Positions 26,901-38,485 of a stretch of 41,049 bases of DNA are shown piece by piece. The notes under the pieces are model-generated. The model did no database searches. It had not been told where the DNA came from and saw nothing but the letters and a program-made list of their open reading frames with translations. The position numbers were made by a program, and so were the translations under genes. Source of the DNA: Phoronis australis. Taxonomy: Eukaryota > Animalia > Phoronida. The stretch is from positions 154,848-195,896 of the forward strand of contig NMRA01000535.1 of assembly GCA_002633005.1 (NCBI GenBank). Reading direction: 5' to 3'. Every line of letters starts with the position of its first letter. The first letter of the stretch is position 1.

Positions 26901-29900
26901 GTACAATTCATTTAGGAACCCAGGCTTAGTATACGCTGTCTGTGCGACTGCAGCAATGTCTGTTACCAGCCCATAAAATAATCAACAGTGCGCCTTAACA
27001 TTAATAAATTGTATCGAAATTGCTGACGAAATGTGGCGAATAAATTTTGAGAGAAATTATTTTGCCGTACTTGGGCCTGCAGCCGATTGAACCCATTGCG
27101 GACCGAGACCAGACACTGGGAAACGGTAGGCATGGGGCTTGCAAGCTGTTTTGTCAATGTAAAAGGTTCAAATTATAAATGACGTATACATACGAGGTAG
27201 TTTCAGACACTTGCATAAAATTACGGGCTGCTTAGCCCTGTGTCACACTGCTGCGGCAGCCCTTAGGTTAGCTAGCCTGCCAGCTACCATCAGTATGAAG
27301 ACCATTGTCAACATACAGGCTGGTTAGTCCTGTGTCACACTGCTGCGACAGCCCTTAGGTTAGCTAGCCTGCCAGCTACCATCAGTATAAAGACTATCGT
27401 CAAAATACAGCCAAGGCTAAGCCTACCTGGTCCCTGGCCACAGCGCTTGCTCAAACAAGGTTTATTTAGAACTTGTTTTGGGGTCTTCTGGCGAACTGTC
27501 CCTAGTTGTCGGCTTTCAAGATTGATTTGCACAGACTGCATGAGCGCACTGACCAAGTGAAGCCTAAAAAATGGGGGGCTCGAATTTTTGAGAATGTGTA
27601 CCTTTTACTATAAGATTTACTGGGTATGTATAGAGGTATGAATTGCGGACGCCAAATTTTGATACTTCCTGCCTTCTGGTGGACTTCTGTCTCGTGTTCT
27701 ACTTTTTTCGAGTTCTCATGCTTCTGACTGAGGCAGACCTTTTTCCATTTCTCTAAATAGGGGGCTCATTAGAGCACATAATTATGTATATGACAAGTGC
27801 AGTACAATATCAATTTTTTATGTATTAAGCAGTGAGTTTGAAGGAAGTGACCTTACAAATGAACCACATCGATAATTGTAATTTGAGTGGAGGTGGCAAT
27901 CTCAATGACAGAATTGCAAGAACCCATGAAATAAAAAACTTCCAGTGAACTTGGTTTTCAATTATATGATGTTTTTTTAAATTTATGTATATTGTATTTA
28001 TAGTAAACACAAGGCATCAAGAAATGTTGCCTGAAGATGCTAGTTTCTTTTTTGTAGCAACATTGTGTCAAAATGTATCATGGTTAAATCTTCACAAATT
28101 ACAAAGTATCCTGCTGAACATGCCTGTCAGTTCAGCAAATGCTGCCATCTTGTCAGTGCCACTGGAAATGAGACCAACGGGAATTGTGAGCAAATTCATA
28201 ACTTACTAAGTAACAACTGCGAGGCTGAAATTTGGTGAAAACTGTTGAATTGTGCAGAATACTGAGTAAAGATATATGTCTCACTAAATTTCACTGTAAA
28301 ATGTTGGTGAAAAAAATTTATACAAAGTTTTAAACTCGTAACTTAACACTCTGTCGTCCAAGATGGCCGACCCGATCCAAACTAAGTGACCCAAATTTCA
28401 CCACAAAAATTGCAATAACTTTCCACTGCTTGCCCCGATTTTGATACTTTCTCGATTTTTACTGAGTAGGATGCATTATCTTTCCGATGATAGCAAAGTA
28501 TTTTTTCAAAATGAAAAAAAATTCAAAACAAAAAAATTGGGTCGACTACCCTACATAACAGGAACTAAACACCAATGCCATTTTAACATTGATAATAAAC
28601 AAAAGTATGCGTAACATTACAAAAAAATTTAACGACCACTAACTACGAACTATAAATACACTTTCTATACAAGCGAATCACGAAATATTACTAATAAAAC
28701 AAAATAATGAAGTCTTTTCGAGCAAGCGGTTGCACATTTAGTTACAAGGAAAAAATAGCGGCGTTCAGGACAAATTCCTGAACTGACGAGCCGGAAATGT
28801 CGGTAATGAAATAACCGATGACAGCCAGTAATTATCTGCTCACAGAGAAGGGTCAAATGCAGGTAAGAAAATGCTTGTGGCAGGAAAGGCGAAAAGACTA
28901 TAACGAAAGGGTATCGAAAATAAGATTTTATTTATTAACTATTTTCGGATACTGGAGCCTCATTGGCATTTTAAGATAAGGACTTTAACACTTGATGGTA
29001 GTGTTGTAACTGATTTGATGACGCGTCACTGGCACTGTCACTTTAGAAAAAGTTTGAATCAAAATCTATTCTAAGACTGAAATCGATTCTGTGATACTGC
29101 TGAAAAAATTCACATAACTTATGCAAAGTCTAGCAGTCGCTCGCAAATCTTTGTCTTGTATTGCTAAAAGTCACGTAAACAGGGTGAAGTTTGCTTGGCC
29201 ACTAGCAAATCTTTTTCTGGTAGTGGAGGAATATGATATGTTGTTTGCTAGGGAAACAAAAAATGTGGTATTTGAGTGTCTTACTCTCAAAATGTTGTTT
29301 GATGAGTACCTGGCTATACTTATAATGTGGTATTTGAGTGTCTTACTCTCAAAATGTTGTTTGATGAGTACCTGGCTATACTTGTAATTAGTTGTGAACA
29401 TGAACATCCTTACCAGTAATGTCACTTAAAAACTGATTCAGAAGCGAGCCTTAAATTGTAAATTATTTATGAAAAATTCTGATTCCTACCACTGTTTGAT
29501 GGTTGGCCTTTTCTTATTATTTATTCAATTATTTAAGCGGCTTTCATTAGCACAACGTGTGGAATTTTGGTGATGCATATTTTTAGCCAAAGTATTTGTA
29601 ATCGAACACAGATGTGAGATGGAAACTAATTTTTAGTTTTGATTGCAGACATTACATGTAATTCTTTCTTCTTAGTGTCGTTATTATGCCTTGGTGGTTT
29701 GTGCTCTTTCGACACTCTTCACAAAACTGCCACTAAATACCCCTTTCTTTTCAACTAAAACACATCAATTCGAGCTAAATCTCAACAAAATCTTTATAGG
29801 TGTCAGAGTTATGACTTCCTGTGCAGACGGGCATCATTACTACAAATTTTCAACTAAACTGCCATACGTAATATTGACATTTCTGTGGACGTCTTGTCTA

Positions 29901-32900
29901 ATTTATTTTGAAACCTACCTAGTGTGCTCTAATCACCTTCACCTGTTACAGTTTACACTGCCCTCCTGAGGTGACCTCACCTGCTCACAGCAGCCGCAAT
30001 ATGGCTGGACCAAGTTGGAGCTCTGATGAGGTAATGAGTTTAAAGTTATATTCCATCTTGTGTGACTGGCTGAAAAACAAATATCGAATCTTATATTATC
30101 TTATATAATTGGTCTTTTTTAGTAAAATTCCTTTCCATGATAGGATTCTATTTCCAACAAAAACATGAAAACCTTTATTCTCTGTGATGTGAGTTGGTAG
30201 TAGAATCCTGACTTGGTATGAGACCGATTTTATAAGAATAAAAGTCTTAAGGATATCTCAACCTTGACACAAAAAATTGGCCATTTTTGCAATATTTTAC
30301 ATACGTCTAGCAAAATACCTTATCTTCATTCTCAGGGAACTTCAGGTACAAAATATGTAGCGAGAAAAAAAAAAAGATTTTAGCAGAACCATTTTGGAAG
30401 CACACAACCACATGGAAATTTGTTTACTATTTATTTGAGGTCAAACGTTACGGGGCTGTCCCTCAAATCGAATATCCTACCAGGCACAGAGCACCTAAGT
30501 ATGTACCCACAGTCCTTTCATTCAGCGAGTCACCATAATGTTGAGTCAACAACATGCCCATAGGATAGAACATAGTTTAGATCCTGAAGGAGTTGTGTAT
30601 CTGCATGCACACGGCCATTGAGAACATGTGCTAGAAGTCGTCTTGCGCCTCTGTGAGTTTGTGTTCATGAACACAGCAAGTTGTGAAAAGAGATAAATCC
30701 TCACCCAAATTCCTTAATTTGAAAGGTAATTTGACATTTTGGTGTTTCGATCTCATGCTCACAATGCGCTTGAACCACTGACTTAATTTCTGTTATCCAT
30801 TTCGTACTAGGGTTTTATATCAATCTCCAGGCGCCTGGTGTGTATAACAATGAACTGTTGACCTACTGTAAAGTGGACCACAATGCACCAGCTTGACCCA
30901 CTTAATATGTTGGCTCCGACTGCATGACCTTGTTGGATTCGATGCATTGGGAATTGGATTGGCTGATAAAACATTTTTGTGATAATTAAGTTATGCACTG
31001 CAAATTCAGTTGACATTGTGTGTGAATGTTGAAATAATGAACAGGGCTAAAGGATGTTAAGGTTTTATCATAGACTATCTAAAGGATGTTAAGGTTATAT
31101 CATAGACTATCTAAAGGATGTTAAGGTTATATCATAGACTATCTAAAGGATGTTAAGGTTATATCATAGACTATCTAAAGGATGTTAAGGTTATATCATA
31201 GTACATGCACCGCCAACTACATATACTTTCAATGGACAGAATCTGTGGTCTTTTGCACAAGCCGTTGCCTCATTTTCACTAGCGACACCTGGCCAAATTA
31301 TCTGGTGATATTTCTGGCGAGAACGTCATCTGCTAATCATGGCCGGCTGCTGTGTGGTCGGGTGGTAGTAGCATTGCTAAAAGTACTCACGATACCAACA
31401 GTTCTGACTACTTGTTGGAAGACTTTGAACAGCGTTTCAATGTCCAAATTATAATTACTTTTCGTTGTACTGACGCGAGAATTTCCCGTCACAATTCACT
31501 AACCGGAAACTGCACCAAATAATTTAGGAGAGTGGCGCCTCCTCTAGGTTAGTACACAAGAAAATCTCGGAGTTGCGAATCTGTTGTCTTTAATCTATGG
31601 TTATATTGACCAAAAACAAGATTTCACTAAATAATTATTTAACCAATAAAAGTCTTTGAGATCACATCTTGCCACATAATCGGCTTTTTCTCGACTTCGG
31701 CAAATCAGTTAAATTTGAACTTATGAACACGAGTTCTCGAAAACAGGGTGATAGATTTCGCTGAAACTTTCCAAACTTGATGCTTATTCATCAATCTCAA
31801 AAACACTGTTAAGATTTTTGCATAACGTAACGAAGACGAATACCACTTCAGATCTATTTTTTACAAAAGTATGTTGTTTCGCAAGTTGATTTGTCATAGA
31901 AATCAATGAAAAGACTAATCGAAAACTTCTAACACCATTTTTAAGGTTACTGGTGAAGTTTTCATTTGAAAAATGTTTCATTGAAATCAACCAAGAGGTT
32001 ATTTTGCTATGAATGTACCTTTCTTAAGCATGAATTTTTGACTTAAGTAAGGTTCTATCGTATTATTAATAAATACACATAAATATAAAACGTATTTGTG
32101 TATTACCTGATCTTTTTTCTTTCAGAAAATATGTACTTTTATTTGATGACTAAGCCTATTTTTTGATAAAATAGAATGGAGGCCACTAAATAAGGTTTGG
32201 GATAACCTTAATTTGAATTTTGTTATTAAACAACTGAACATCGTAAAACATTTTAGTTTTTGACGAGACAGATTGATTATATCAAAAATGGCGTTTTATA
32301 TTTCAACCCAATTAAAAATTATGGGTCGTGGGTTGGAGAAATAAATTGGGCAGTGGGTAAGAAATAAAAATGCCTTCCCCCGCCCATACATTTTTACTGG
32401 AACAGTCCTTAATTAATAGCCAGTATTTCTCATATATTCCTTTTCATTTAATTAGCCTAGTTTCCATGGCAGAGAATGTATAGTAAATTTTGAAATTTTT
32501 AAAACAGAAATCTTGCCTTGTATATACATGTAATACATGACATTGTATATTCATGTATATATATAATACTTGTATATACATGTATATAATTATACTTTCT
32601 TTAGACCATAATTGCTTTGAGGGGAAATTGTCATAAACTATTCCCACTTAAAATAGAGTCCTCGAGCAAGTTGCTTCACAAACAGTCCTACTTTTTTGAT
32701 AAGGTGTTATTGCTACAAATTTTGAAGCTGTAAGAAATCTAGTGCTATACAAAAAACCTGAGTGATATGGTTTGAGGGAAAATTGCTGTGTCTTGTAAGA
32801 ATTTTGCCAAGCCAAGCTTGCCTGTTGTTGGTTGCCTTTTCAATTCGGTGTTCATGGTTTTCCAGTTGTTAGTCTTTTTGTTATGCAGCGTAGTGAAAAG

Positions 32901-35900
32901 GAAAAACTAATCGCTGAAGAGCGGAAGAAAATGTTGGCGCAACTGAAAAGAGAAAAGGAGGAAAAGAGAAGAATTAGTGAACAGGTACTGCCCATTGATT
33001 GGTTGACTGTTAATAAAGGAGGTACTGCCTATTGTTTGATTGACTGTTAATAGGGGAGGTACTGCCCATTGATTGGTTGATTGTTGATAACGGAGGTACT
33101 GCCCATTGTTTGGTCAACTGTTGATAAAGGAGATATTGCCCATTGATTGGTTGACTGTTGATAAGGGAGATTTGGTCGAACTTTTTTTAATTAGTTGTTT
33201 TGCATGATTAGTAGTGGATTTTGAAACAACGATTGTGTTGGCTATTAATACCGAACATGTATTGGAAAGATAGAAGATTCTCTTGAAATATGCTACTTCA
33301 ATTGAAGGCAGAATAAGTTTGATACGACTTTAAAGTTTTTTTTATTAATGTTTATTACGAAATCATCAGAATACAATGAATATACATAACCCAGAAAGTG
33401 CCAAGAGGCATGATTATGTCTTGGTTAAAAAATACAAAGAAGTCTATATACAATTATCATACACAAATACATTAATTAAAAAACTGATGTTAGGATTACA
33501 ATGATATATGATTACGAAATTCAATGTAAATAAATCATTTTCATACACATTCTATTCACTCACACAAAGAGATTTAATATTATAAAGAAATTTTGATACT
33601 ATTTCGAATAAACCTTATTTTCATTAGGGTTGAGTTCTAGACATTCATATAGAAAAAATTAATTTTGTTGTACGCGGAATTTCAGAATATTTTTTGTAAA
33701 CATTGGGGTATTGTTTGATTGTCTGGAAAAAATGTACCTTCTGCATCTTGCATACCTCACAAGCAAAGAAGACGTGCAGGAACTCAGAGGCGAAATACTA
33801 TTAAAATTATGTCTAAATTTCTCATTCTTTAGGAATAGACCACATCTTGATCTGTATAGGGTTATTTCATAGTTGTGAGGAAGTTGGAATGATGTCAATG
33901 GGACTGGCAAGTCTTGAGTAGTGGTATGCATTTTAAAGTTATTTTTGAGAGTGACAATTGAAGTGCTTTCTTTTATTTTGGATGGTAAGGAATTCCAGTT
34001 GTCAATACAATTTAATATCGTTGACCTCCTGAAGGCTTGGCTGAGGGAAGATGGAATAGTGTGCATATTACTTTGCCGCAGTCCTGGTCTCGTGCTTGGT
34101 CTTTTGTAGGAATCAAAGAGAATTTTGTTTGAATAGTTGTTTATGTTGGTTAAGACTTTGAATGTATACATGGACAGGTGGAGTTTACGATGGGTTGCTA
34201 GTTTGCTCCAGTTGAGACTATTTAGAACCTTGATTGTGTTGGACCCTTTGTATGCTCCTGTTATGGCTAAGGCTGCTTGGTATTGTAGTCTTTCTAATTG
34301 AAGAAGTATGCCAGCATTTCCAGATTGGTAGATTATGTCACAGTAATCTAGATGTGCAAGTGCAAAAGTCTTGGACAGAGTTTCAAGATGCATGGAGTTG
34401 AGATGACGAGAGACAATTCTAGTTGGATTAATTAATTTTTGTACTTTATGAACGAGTTTGCAACAATGAGGAGTAAATGTAAGCTTATGGTCTAGTAGCA
34501 CGCCAAGATGTTTGTGCGTGAACTTATTGGGAATAACTTCCCCATTGAGTGATAATTCCAAGGTTTTAAGTTTTGTCGTCTTTTAGATGTCAAAAATACC
34601 ACTCTGAGCTCCACCAGTTGTCACAATGTCACCTGTGAGCTCCACCAGTTGTCACAATGTCATGTCACCTGTGAGCTCTACCAGTGGTCACAACGTCACC
34701 TGTGATCTCCACCACTGGTCACAATGCCACTTGTGAGCTCCACCAGTGGTCACAATGCCACCTGTGAGATCCACCACTGGTCACAATGCCACCTGTGAGC
34801 TTCTCCAGTGGTCACAATGCCACCTGTGAGCTTCTCCATTGGTCACAATGCCACCTGTGAGCTCCTCCATTGGTCACAATGCCACCTGTGAGCTCCACCA
34901 CTTGTCATAATGCGGGCGTAGAACAGCAGGTTCACAAACTACTGAAACATAATACTCATCTCATCACGAGAGTAGTGAAATACTCGAGTTGTGTGCAGGC
35001 AATTAACACTCTCATCTAGTGGTATTGTTAAAGGTGTAAACTGGTGGTAAACGTCGTAGTAGTATCAAAAAATTGTATTGAATGTCTTGTGTTCCAGATT
35101 AAAAAGGATCGGCAGGATACAAATACCAGAGAAGTGAAGGACTCGGTAAGTGATAAACATTTTAAGCGAACACTCAAGAGATGTATTTTCCTTATTGTTG
35201 AACATTAACTTCTCCATACTCTGTAATATACTGCACAAGCCTAAAGTATTCAGACAAAATGACCCTGAATTTCCCCGTCATGACAGCTGGGCAGAAACTG
35301 AATTCATGGTCATAGTAGTCTCCCTCTTGACAGACTTAATTAAGTGGAAAGTTAGTAAGGTGACTAAGCCATTCTTTAATTAGAGTTTTGCCATCCTAAT
35401 TGTTATTACCAGAAATTTATGCACAAGTAGCAGTCATTACGGGACAACACTACTTTTGTCTTGTACTGTAACATTACATTGCTCGACAGTACTTCTTCTG
35501 TGAACTGTGTTTGTGTCTGAGTAAGTTAGCGCTGATCTGTAGCGTATGTATTACAGCATGCTCAGCACCTGCACGGAGGAGGAAAGATGACAAAGTTTGA
35601 AGACATCGGAGTGAACCTTAACAAAGGGGTAAGCATTGGCAGGGAATGTAGTCAGTTGCTACTGAAGTTCTGTACAGTGAATTGGCTGCTCGCTGGTTGC
35701 TGTCATTGTGTCAAATACTGACTTTAGGAGATAAAAAATTCTATCTTCTATTTTTGCTTAAATTTTATTATGTTTGGGCATTTTCCCACTTCACTATCTA
35801 ATGGACATTATTCACGCAGTCACCATTTTAAAAATGAGCCTCTCTTTAGGTTTAAAAAACAATGCAATTGAGACATAAATATAAGGAGGCATGCAAGAAA

Positions 35901-36863
35901 TCATGTTTTGCACTGTGATTAAGCACAGAATGCGTAGTTTTTTAACTTGCGTGATTAAGGCACGTATGAAACATTTGTTCCTGTCCAATTGGTATTATGC
36001 ATCACAGCTCTGATCTATTATAAATACTTAAATCTTTGTATGTGTATGTTATTCCTTCATGGAAGTGACCAGATAATTATCATATTTAGTATTTGGTGTA
36101 GGAATGTTGTCTTGGAATCTGAGTATTAAGCACAACACGTTAGCACAGACACGTTTTAGAATATTAACTTAGTCAGTATTTTTGCAAGAGCCCAGAGAAA
36201 TGTATCAATTTTCAAGACATTTAAATTAATCTACTTGACTCATGACCATAATAAAAATAGTGGCGTGGTCACTCATTGAAGACATTGAGGAACTTACAGA
36301 ACTTGAAATGGATCTGTGCAGAAATGTATGTCAATCGTTAGTACAAACATGTCATGTATGATAGCCCAACAGTCTTGGGACTCATTTCAGACTAGATGGG
36401 CGACTTGCACTATTGTACAAAATTGTTAATGGAATAGTGACAGTTGACGAATCCCACTCTCTTGTCTGTATTACACACTTTCAAGACAATTTTAATCACA
36501 AAGCATATCACATCCTTCATAGCAGACACAGTTTCATTTGCATGTTTCCTGTCATTATTGGGCAGTGGAATGAACTGAGGAACAATTTGGTCTCAGCACC
36601 AACTGTTGAGACATTCAGGTAAAGATTGTTTCAAATGTCATCTCATCTCCTTTTATCCTGCACTGTACAGTAATTCTCTAATTCTTGGACGTGACCAGTC
36701 CTTTTATCCTGCATTGTACAGTAATTCTCTGATTCTTGGACGTGACCAATCCTTTTACATCAATGTCTTCAACAATGATTGAAGAGTTCAGATGTAGTGG
36801 AAGAAGACTAACAAGTTATAATGATAATTACTTCCCATTTGTTTTCAGGGTGGATGAGGTTAA
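20979..36863 (+). CDS. PUB-domain protein with coiled coil and C-terminal GGG-Sec-G (predicted selenoprotein, 209 aa); exons 20979-20993, 24867-24973, 26010-26133, 26628-26701, 29952-30030, 32889-32984, 35098-35145, 35557-35628, 36849-36863
   Basis: Nine exons join in frame through GT-AG junctions (630 nt), giving MATSSGGDTKEILSVYLQLLTGELDSVALSACLHTLQKILSNVTKSSDKKFRHMKKDNKTFHCKVWQYEAAHQFLLATGWAQDESCVYLLPDNNVELALSLVNHYISLHCPPEVTSPAHSSRNMAGPSWSSDERSEKEKLIAEERKKMLAQLKREKEEKRRISEQIKKDRQDTNTREVKDSHAQHLHGGGKMTKFEDIGVNLNKGGG(U)G*. The pattern L.KIL.N......KFR....N..F...V......FL.A.GW is the PUB signature. Exons 1 and 5 are the least certain. Confidence 0.8.
21186..21870. mobile_element. Non-autonomous DNA transposon (MITE-like) with about 36-bp terminal inverted repeats
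   Basis: CTGTGCGTGAACTTGGAATCCTGCTTAATCTCAAGA (21186-21221) is the reverse complement, with a few mismatches, of TCTTGAAACTAAGCAGGATTCCAAGTTCATGTACAG (21835-21870). Subterminal copies of TGAACTTGGAAT occur on both sides. A diverged relative lies at about 19845-20220. Confidence 0.75.
23990..24056 (-). mobile_element. Degenerate tRNA-derived SINE head
   Basis: The minus strand reads TGGCTGAACAGTTTGG...GAGTTCGATGACC, with A/B-box-like motifs at tRNA spacing. Confidence 0.4.
27236..27410. repeat. About 92-bp tandem duplication
   Basis: CCTGTGTCACACTGCTGCG...GCTACCATCAGTAT...ATACAG is present twice. Confidence 0.85.
31047..31201. repeat. 32-bp minisatellite, about 5 copies
   Basis: CTAAAGGATGTTAAGGTTATATCATAGACTAT is repeated. 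Confidence 0.95.
32983..33170. repeat. 37-bp minisatellite x5 beginning at the exon 6 splice donor
   Basis: AGGTACTGCCCATTGATTGGTTGACTGTTAATAAAGG is repeated; AG|GTACTG occurs with GT at 32985, 33022, 33059 and 33096. Confidence 0.9.
33336..34600 (-). mobile_element. 5'-truncated non-LTR retrotransposon (CR1/L2-group LINE), C-terminal part of reverse-transcriptase ORF2
   Basis: ORF 33659-34561 contains HKHLGVLLDHKLTF..H, LDYCDIIY, LERLQYQAALAITGA, LNW..L..R and WNSLP, typical of the post-RT thumb region. A short A-rich tail lies at 33336-33345. The element is antisense within intron 6 of the PUB gene. Confidence 0.88.
34605..34912. repeat. 31-bp minisatellite (GTGAGCTCCACCAGTGGTCACAATGCCACCT), about 10 copies
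   Basis: Tandem units read directly; they abut the 5' truncation point of the LINE. Confidence 0.95.
36390..36622 (+). mobile_element. Degenerate LINE ORF2 C-terminal remnant
   Basis: Translates RLALLYKIVNG...FPVIIGQWNEL...VSAPTVETFR, resembling the RL..LYKI..G...FFPRTI..WN.LP......S...FK end of LINE ORF2. Confidence 0.6.
36849..36863 (+). other. Terminal coding exon GGT GGA TGA GGT TAA with predicted selenocysteine codon (TGA 36855-36857)
   Basis: Strong acceptor (ttcccatttgttttcag) in phase 0 with the donor at 35629; an in-frame TGA is followed one codon later by TAA. Confidence 0.8.
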
Positions 36864-38284
36864 ATGCACATCGGCCACTGTCCATGTTCAGATACCAATT
36901 GGCTCCACACCTTATGAATAATGGTTACTATGGAATATTTTTACTAAAATGATTTCTGTATATTTATAGTGTCATTCTTTATTCATTCTTTTTTCTTACA
37001 TTGAAATTTGATAAAGACTTAATCTGGCTCTTAAATTTCATGAGTTGTGTGTACTCGTTTTAGTCATACTAACTACAAATGCCTTTAATCGACATTTAGT
37101 TTTATTATAGTCTCAGTTTTGTCCATTTGTTATCAGTTCTTACAAAACCAAAATATATGACATAAATTGTTTGGACATATATTTTTGGGACCTTTCGTTT
37201 AATTTTATTGTGAAAGAAGTTAAGGCAATGCTCTTGTCATATTTTGTTTCAGCACTGGTTAGAACCAGCTTAATAGCATATTATGCGATTACACATTTGT
37301 GGGTGCATATTGTTTTTTATTGCATTTCTGCTATTACTAGGTAGTTCAAGCATGTGTTCTGTAGGTGTTAGTACCTTTCAAAAATGCAAGATATCTTGAC
37401 ATGATGTATTACAAGGGAAGCACCTGATCAACACTAGCTTCTAAGATATCTTGATGTAATGTATCACCATGTATTGCCATGGAAGAACATGATTGCATCA
37501 TTCGCGACAGAGTTGATGCTTGTCAGTCTTCTGGTCTTTACTTCCATATACCTTTCAAGGCCATTACTGCATATGTCTGAGTCTACCTTTAGTATCTTCA
37601 TGAAACAGGCTGGTAATGAGTGGAAACTGGCGACTTCAGTCAGTCTAAGAGTAAATCACTTCACAAATGTCGCAGGCAGGGCCTGGACGAACAATAAGAA
37701 TCGGTGCAAGATAACCACCAATTCATGTGTAAATTAAGTCATGGTATTGGGGTTTGAAACTGGGAAATCTGAACTGGGTTAGTCATGTTAGGTCTTCAGT
37801 CACTGGCCAGAGACCAAAGCAAATGTAGCATTTTATGGTGTTTACTGTTGGCTTGTGGATATTATATGCTGGAGGTTTTGTGAAGGTAACGGATTGAGTG
37901 AACCTGGTCTCTGAAGATTTGTGCTGCTAATTTATGGCCCAACTTTGTCTATTATTTAAATTATTACAAACTTATGCAATTTCTGTGCTGATTAAAACAA
38001 CTCCTTGCAGACCCTGGCCCAGGGTCTAATCCCAGAATCGAGACTTAGCAAATCACACTGCACGATTACAGTACAAAGTCAGCCTACTCGGTCAACTTTT
38101 GAGTTGTGTTTTGCACATAGAGATTAGACACCAGGCTCAGATGGTTAGCCAGCCATTTTGACAAGTTATATTTGGTAGAAACAATAATTTTATCCTTGAG
38201 AGAGAACAATTTTGTCATTGAGTTGTAGCTATGTCTTCCTTCAAACACAGTTATGGTGCTAGTTCTACTATAGTAAATATATTT

Positions 38285-38364
38285 GCTTTGGTCAAATGGC
38301 CATGATGACAATTTTGCAGGAAAACATTGGAACTGCAGAATCCGATAGAAAGTGACTAGGAAGC
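38285..38364 (+). promoter_or_regulatory. SECIS element (eukaryotic, type I-like) in the 3' UTR of the PUB-domain gene
   Basis: Helix I is GCTTTGGTCA / TGACTAGGAAGC. The core is A-TGAC (38305-38309) / CGAT (38343-38346), giving tandem G.A pairs. Helix II is ATTTTGCAG / CTGCAGAAT (9 bp). Apical AAAA lies at 38321-38324, 11 nt after the core. Confidence 0.82.
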
Positions 38365-38485
38365 TTGACATACATTCTTTTTATTTGCGTGAGTTCTTGT
38401 GTTGATTTTGGAATTTGAACAGCAAATGCATTTTGTAAACTTAATCACTATCAAATTCATTTGATGTTAATCATAATCATTATTC

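Noticed and set aside
28343-28560. TTAA-CACTCTGTCGTCC resembling a piggyBac-type end
   Set aside because: I found no matching opposite terminus or transposase in the window.
36849-36880. Possible stem-loop or alternative splice donor (TGAG|GTTAAA) around the Sec codon, by analogy with SELENOS
   Set aside because: The pairing is short and bulged and the donor is weak; it cannot be supported from sequence alone.
37488-37525. ATGAT followed by a GCATCA/TGATGC hairpin in the 3' UTR
   Set aside because: It lacks apical adenines and the 3' GA of the SECIS core.
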